Of a stretch of DNA of 64,000 nt, positions 60,525 to 64,000 are shown one piece after another. This DNA is from Verrucomicrobiota bacterium (GTDB lineage Bacteria > Verrucomicrobiota > Verrucomicrobiia > Limisphaerales > CANJSG01): NCBI GenBank assembly GCA_038209745.1, contig JBBQXJ010000003.1, positions 32,001-96,000 of the forward strand. Direction: 5' to 3'. The position numbers and the translations under genes were made by a program. The notes beneath the pieces were generated by a model. The model was not told the origin of the DNA, did not search any database, and saw only the letters and a program-made list of their open reading frames with translations. The number at the start of each line of letters is the position of its first letter. Position 1 is the first letter of the stretch.

Positions 60525-60792
60525 TCTGACGGGCCATGGTTTTCGGCCGACGCGTTGTTCAAAACGCTCTGTTTAAGTCGGCCGGAGGGAGTGCTTTTTT
60601 TCCACCGCTTGTCCCCGCAAACGGGGATAGCGCGGGCTTGGTCTGGTTCTCCAAGATCAGACCGTACCCAAACAGGGTCGTGCGGCGGGCGCTCTGCATT
60701 GTTCCGGACAGATCCGGGGAGCGACCCTCGAGGCAGTCCGGCTTGCCCGTCGAGGGCAGGATGGGTTGCCCAGCTAAGGATCCAATCAATCA

Positions 60793-63750
60793 ATGAATGA
60801 AATGAAGTCAGCCACCACGCCGCGCGTTTTCGCGACGTTGGGCGCCCTGTTCGTCGCCCTTGCGACGCAGGCCCAGCCAACCATCCATGACGTCTATCCG
60901 GACGGTGCCACGCTTCAGCAGTCGACGAATCTTCTCAGTTTCGGGGTGACCGCCGGCGCTGCCGAACTCAAACCCGAGGGCATTTCCGTTCGCTTGGTCT
61001 CCACGAATACGGCGGGCCGGGTGGTGGATGTGACTTTGACCGCCGCCTCCGGACTGACCGTCGGCGGTACCGTCACAGAACGGTCGGTCTCGGCGCCATT
61101 GGCGATCAACGTCGTCGGCTATTCGGCGTGGATCATCGCCACCGACACCGGCGGATTGTCGGCCACCAATTCGGTGGATTTCGACACGCTCAGTCCGGTC
61201 TTTTCGGTCGAAATCGAGGATTTCAACTACAACGCTGGAATGTTCGTCCCCGAGCCGCAAGTGGGTGGATACAGCCGTGATGTGCTCACGGACGCGCCGG
61301 TGGACGGCATCGACCTCCACGAGGGAAATCTGGTTGGGGGCGGCAACACCGCCTACCGTGAACCGGGCCTCTTCACCGAGCCGAACGGCGACACTCCCCG
61401 CACCCGATTCGCCGCCGCGGGCAAGACCGACTACAACGTCGGATGGTTCGACAACGGCGACTGGGGCAACTATTCCCGCCCTTACCCTGCCGGGGTCTAC
61501 AATGTCTATTATCGCGCGGCCAATGGCTCCGGCGGCACCAGCCCGGCGACTCTCGCCCGGGTCACCTCCGACGCGACACAATATGACCAGACCACGGAAG
61601 TCCTGGGAACGTTCACCGTCCCGAACACCGGCTGGCAGACCTACCGTTACTACGGCTTGCGGAACGGGGATGGCAGCCTCGCCCAGATCACCTTGGACGG
61701 CACCAGGCAGACGCTGCGCTTCAACTGTGGTGGTGGCCAGAACGCGAACTTCTTCGCCCTCTTTCCGGCCAGCACGAACGCGCCGGTCGTCCACGATGTC
61801 TATCCGGACGGGACCCGGCTGTATCAGCGCACCAACACCATGTCCTTCGCCGCCACTGCGGCCGACTCGACCATCGCGCCCGGAGACATCTCCGTCCTCC
61901 TGGCCTACACCACGATTGCAGGACAATCCGGATCGACCAACCTTACCTCGGCCGCCGGGTTGACGATCGGCGGCACCGCTGCGGAGAGGACGGTTTCGTT
62001 CTCGATCCAGACCAACATTCCCGTCTATCGGGCCGTGATCCGCGTGGTCGACGGCAATGGGAATTTCCGTGAATCCACCGTCAAGTTCGGCACCGCCATT
62101 CCGGAATTCTCCTTCGAAGCGGAGGACTTCGACTACAATCTCGGCAAGTTCATCGCCGGTGACCAGACCAACGGGCTTGCGGCGCCGGACTTCGTGGCCA
62201 TCGAGGGCGTCGACACGCACGCCGTCAACATCGCGGGGGGCCAGTTCGCCTACCGCAACGAAGGCTTGAACACCGAAGCCACGGGGGACGTGCCCCGGGC
62301 CAAGTATGCCGGTTCCGGACTCGCGGACTACAACGTCGGCTGGAACGACACCGGAAACTGGGCCAACTATACCCGGGTCGTTCCTCCGGGTGTGTTCAAC
62401 GTCTACGCCCGGGCCGCGAACAGCGGCACGCTCACCCTCGCGGTCGTGACGGGCGGTCTCGGCACCGACGTTCAAACCACCACCAATCTCGGCACCTTCA
62501 CGGTTCCGACGACCGGTGGTTATCAGGCCTACGCCTGGGTGCCGCTCAAGGATTCCAGCGGCAACCTCGTCAAGTTCACGGGTGGTTCCCGGGCGACCTT
62601 CCGCTCGACGACGGGCGGCGGCCACAATATCAACTTCTACGCGTTCTACCCTGCGGACGTGAACATCCCGACCATCACGGGAGTTTATCCGAATGGAGCG
62701 ACGCTCTTCCAGCAGACCAACGTCCTGAGCTTCAGAGCTTCCTCCCCTGCCGGCATCGACCAGCAGAACGTGACGGTGGAAGTCGACGGCGAACCCGTGA
62801 CGGGCCTGACGTTTGAGGGGTCTTCCAGCGAGTGGATCGTCCGCTATGTCGGGCTCGGCTCCAACACCACCCATACGGCCGACATCCGGGTGGAGGCGAA
62901 CAACGGCTCCATGCAGACGGTCTCCGTGGCCTTCGACACCTACAACAAGACCTCCTTCACGGTGGAGACCGAGGCCTTCAACCACTCGAGCGGCATGTTC
63001 TTCGACAACCCGACCCAGGACTCCTACGGGTCCCTTGGCGCGACACCCGGCATCGACGCCTTGGATGTGGACCTGGTCAATGGCAACCATGCCTACCGGG
63101 TCGAGGGCCTGAACACCGAAGTCACCGGTGACGTCGCCCGCGACACGCTCGTCAGCGACTTGAACTTCCTCGACTACAACGTCGGGTGGTTCGACAACGG
63201 CTGTTGGGGCAACTACACCCGCACCTATCCGGCGGGCAGCTACAATGTCTTCCTCCGTGCGGCGAACGGCACCGGTGGACCCGGATCCGCCTCGCTCGCC
63301 CGGGTTGCCTCGGATCCGAGCGTGGAAGGCCAGACCACGGAGGCGATCGGAACCTTCGCAGTCCCGGTCACGGGAGGCTTCCAGACGTATCGATGGGTTC
63401 CGCTGACCGACGCCAATGGCGGGTTGGCCGCGGTGACCTTTGACGGCGGCGTCCATACGCTGCGTCTGACCAGCGGCGGTGGCAACAACGCCAACTTCTT
63501 CATCCTCGTTCCCGCTCGTGCGGCGCCCGTGGAAACGACGCTGTCCATCAGCCGAACTGTCGACTTGGTGACCCTCTCGTTCCCGACCGTGACGGGCATG
63601 TCCTACCTGGTGCAGCGGAAGCAGAACCTGGTCGACGCCTGGGCAGTGTTCGGCGCGGCGGTGACCGGTGATGGCACGACCAAGTCGGTAACGGATTCAA
63701 CGGCGGCGGGCAGCGGGTTCTATCGGACCAGCGCCACCACGCAGCCGTAA
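60793..63750 (+). CDS. Large secreted protein with three tandem (Ig-like + CBM6-like) modules and a C-terminal tail domain
   Basis: Signal peptide; VYP[DN]G at about 60877, 61783 and 62668; each module has E.E.F, DYNVGW, W.NY[ST]R, G.[YF]NV, TG[GW].QTY-like motifs. Confidence 0.85.
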   Translation: MNEMKSATTPRVFATLGALFVALATQAQPTIHDVYPDGATLQQSTNLLSFGVTAGAAELKPEGISVRLVSTNTAGRVVDVTLTAASGLTVGGTVTERSVSAPLAINVVGYSAWIIATDTGGLSATNSVDFDTLSPVFSVEIEDFNYNAGMFVPEPQVGGYSRDVLTDAPVDGIDLHEGNLVGGGNTAYREPGLFTEPNGDTPRTRFAAAGKTDYNVGWFDNGDWGNYSRPYPAGVYNVYYRAANGSGGTSPATLARVTSDATQYDQTTEVLGTFTVPNTGWQTYRYYGLRNGDGSLAQITLDGTRQTLRFNCGGGQNANFFALFPASTNAPVVHDVYPDGTRLYQRTNTMSFAATAADSTIAPGDISVLLAYTTIAGQSGSTNLTSAAGLTIGGTAAERTVSFSIQTNIPVYRAVIRVVDGNGNFRESTVKFGTAIPEFSFEAEDFDYNLGKFIAGDQTNGLAAPDFVAIEGVDTHAVNIAGGQFAYRNEGLNTEATGDVPRAKYAGSGLADYNVGWNDTGNWANYTRVVPPGVFNVYARAANSGTLTLAVVTGGLGTDVQTTTNLGTFTVPTTGGYQAYAWVPLKDSSGNLVKFTGGSRATFRSTTGGGHNINFYAFYPADVNIPTITGVYPNGATLFQQTNVLSFRASSPAGIDQQNVTVEVDGEPVTGLTFEGSSSEWIVRYVGLGSNTTHTADIRVEANNGSMQTVSVAFDTYNKTSFTVETEAFNHSSGMFFDNPTQDSYGSLGATPGIDALDVDLVNGNHAYRVEGLNTEVTGDVARDTLVSDLNFLDYNVGWFDNGCWGNYTRTYPAGSYNVFLRAANGTGGPGSASLARVASDPSVEGQTTEAIGTFAVPVTGGFQTYRWVPLTDANGGLAAVTFDGGVHTLRLTSGGGNNANFFILVPARAAPVETTLSISRTVDLVTLSFPTVTGMSYLVQRKQNLVDAWAVFGAAVTGDGTTKSVTDSTAAGSGFYRTSATTQP

Positions 63751-63804
63751 GACAGAGCTGTCGGACCGGGACGCTGTTCGGCCCGGTTCCTGAGACAGAG
63801 GTGG

Positions 63805-63848
63805 ACCCCTTTGCCCGGCGCAAGCCGGGTGGAGGGGTTTTCATTTTG
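63805..63848 (+). terminator. Intrinsic terminator
   Basis: ACCCCTTTGCCCGGC-GCAA-GCCGGGTGGAGGGGT-TTTC. Confidence 0.75.
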
Positions 63849-63886
63849 GGTTTGTTCCGGCGGGCGGGCGGTTGAGCACCGCATGG

Positions 63887-64000
63887 TCAACGGGAGCTGC
63901 CGTGCTTGGCCACGGCTTCGACGCGGTTCCGCACCTGCATTTTGACACAGATGTTCTTCACGTGGGTGCGGACGGTTTCCACGCCGATGCCGAGCTTGTC
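63887..64000 (-). CDS. LuxR/NarL-type HTH C-terminus (gene continues beyond the window)
   Basis: DKLGIGVETVRTHVKNICVKMQVRNRVEAVAKHGSSR*. Confidence 0.85.
   Translation of the reverse strand, partial: DKLGIGVETVRTHVKNICVKMQVRNRVEAVAKHGSSR

Overview
High-GC bacterial chromosome segment. Gene content suggests Verrucomicrobiota (Pedosphaera/Limisphaera-like); this is an inference from DUF5069, PEP-CTERM proteins, H-X9-DG-type prepilin, PVC-type L28 and a short RpoZ. Housekeeping genes include alaS (5' part), mtnA, deoC, rpoZ, smpB, rpmB, rsgA, infA and a cyclophilin. Accessory modules: a fasciclin gene behind a CarH/LitR-like 11-bp direct-repeat operator; a redoxin plus heme-c/copper-monooxygenase/TPR pair; an ArsR-OYE-LLM-AKR redox cluster with two operator palindromes; a minor-pilin triad; a MacAB-like ABC exporter with two permeases; a sigma-54 activator with a Cys-rich GAF domain facing an AhpD/DUF1348/PNPOx operon, with visible UAS sites and a -24/-12 promoter; and two large secreted glycan-binding-type proteins sharing a C-terminal 'W...F[YF]R' tail. 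At least five collapsed pseudogenes occur (HEAT, GH28, lamin-tail/CotH, sulfotransferase, and a sensor-regulator fusion). Three families of REP-like palindromes are present, one inserted in frame in a helicase gene. No tRNA, rRNA, CRISPR array or transposase was recognised. All family calls come from motif recognition by eye, not from database searches.
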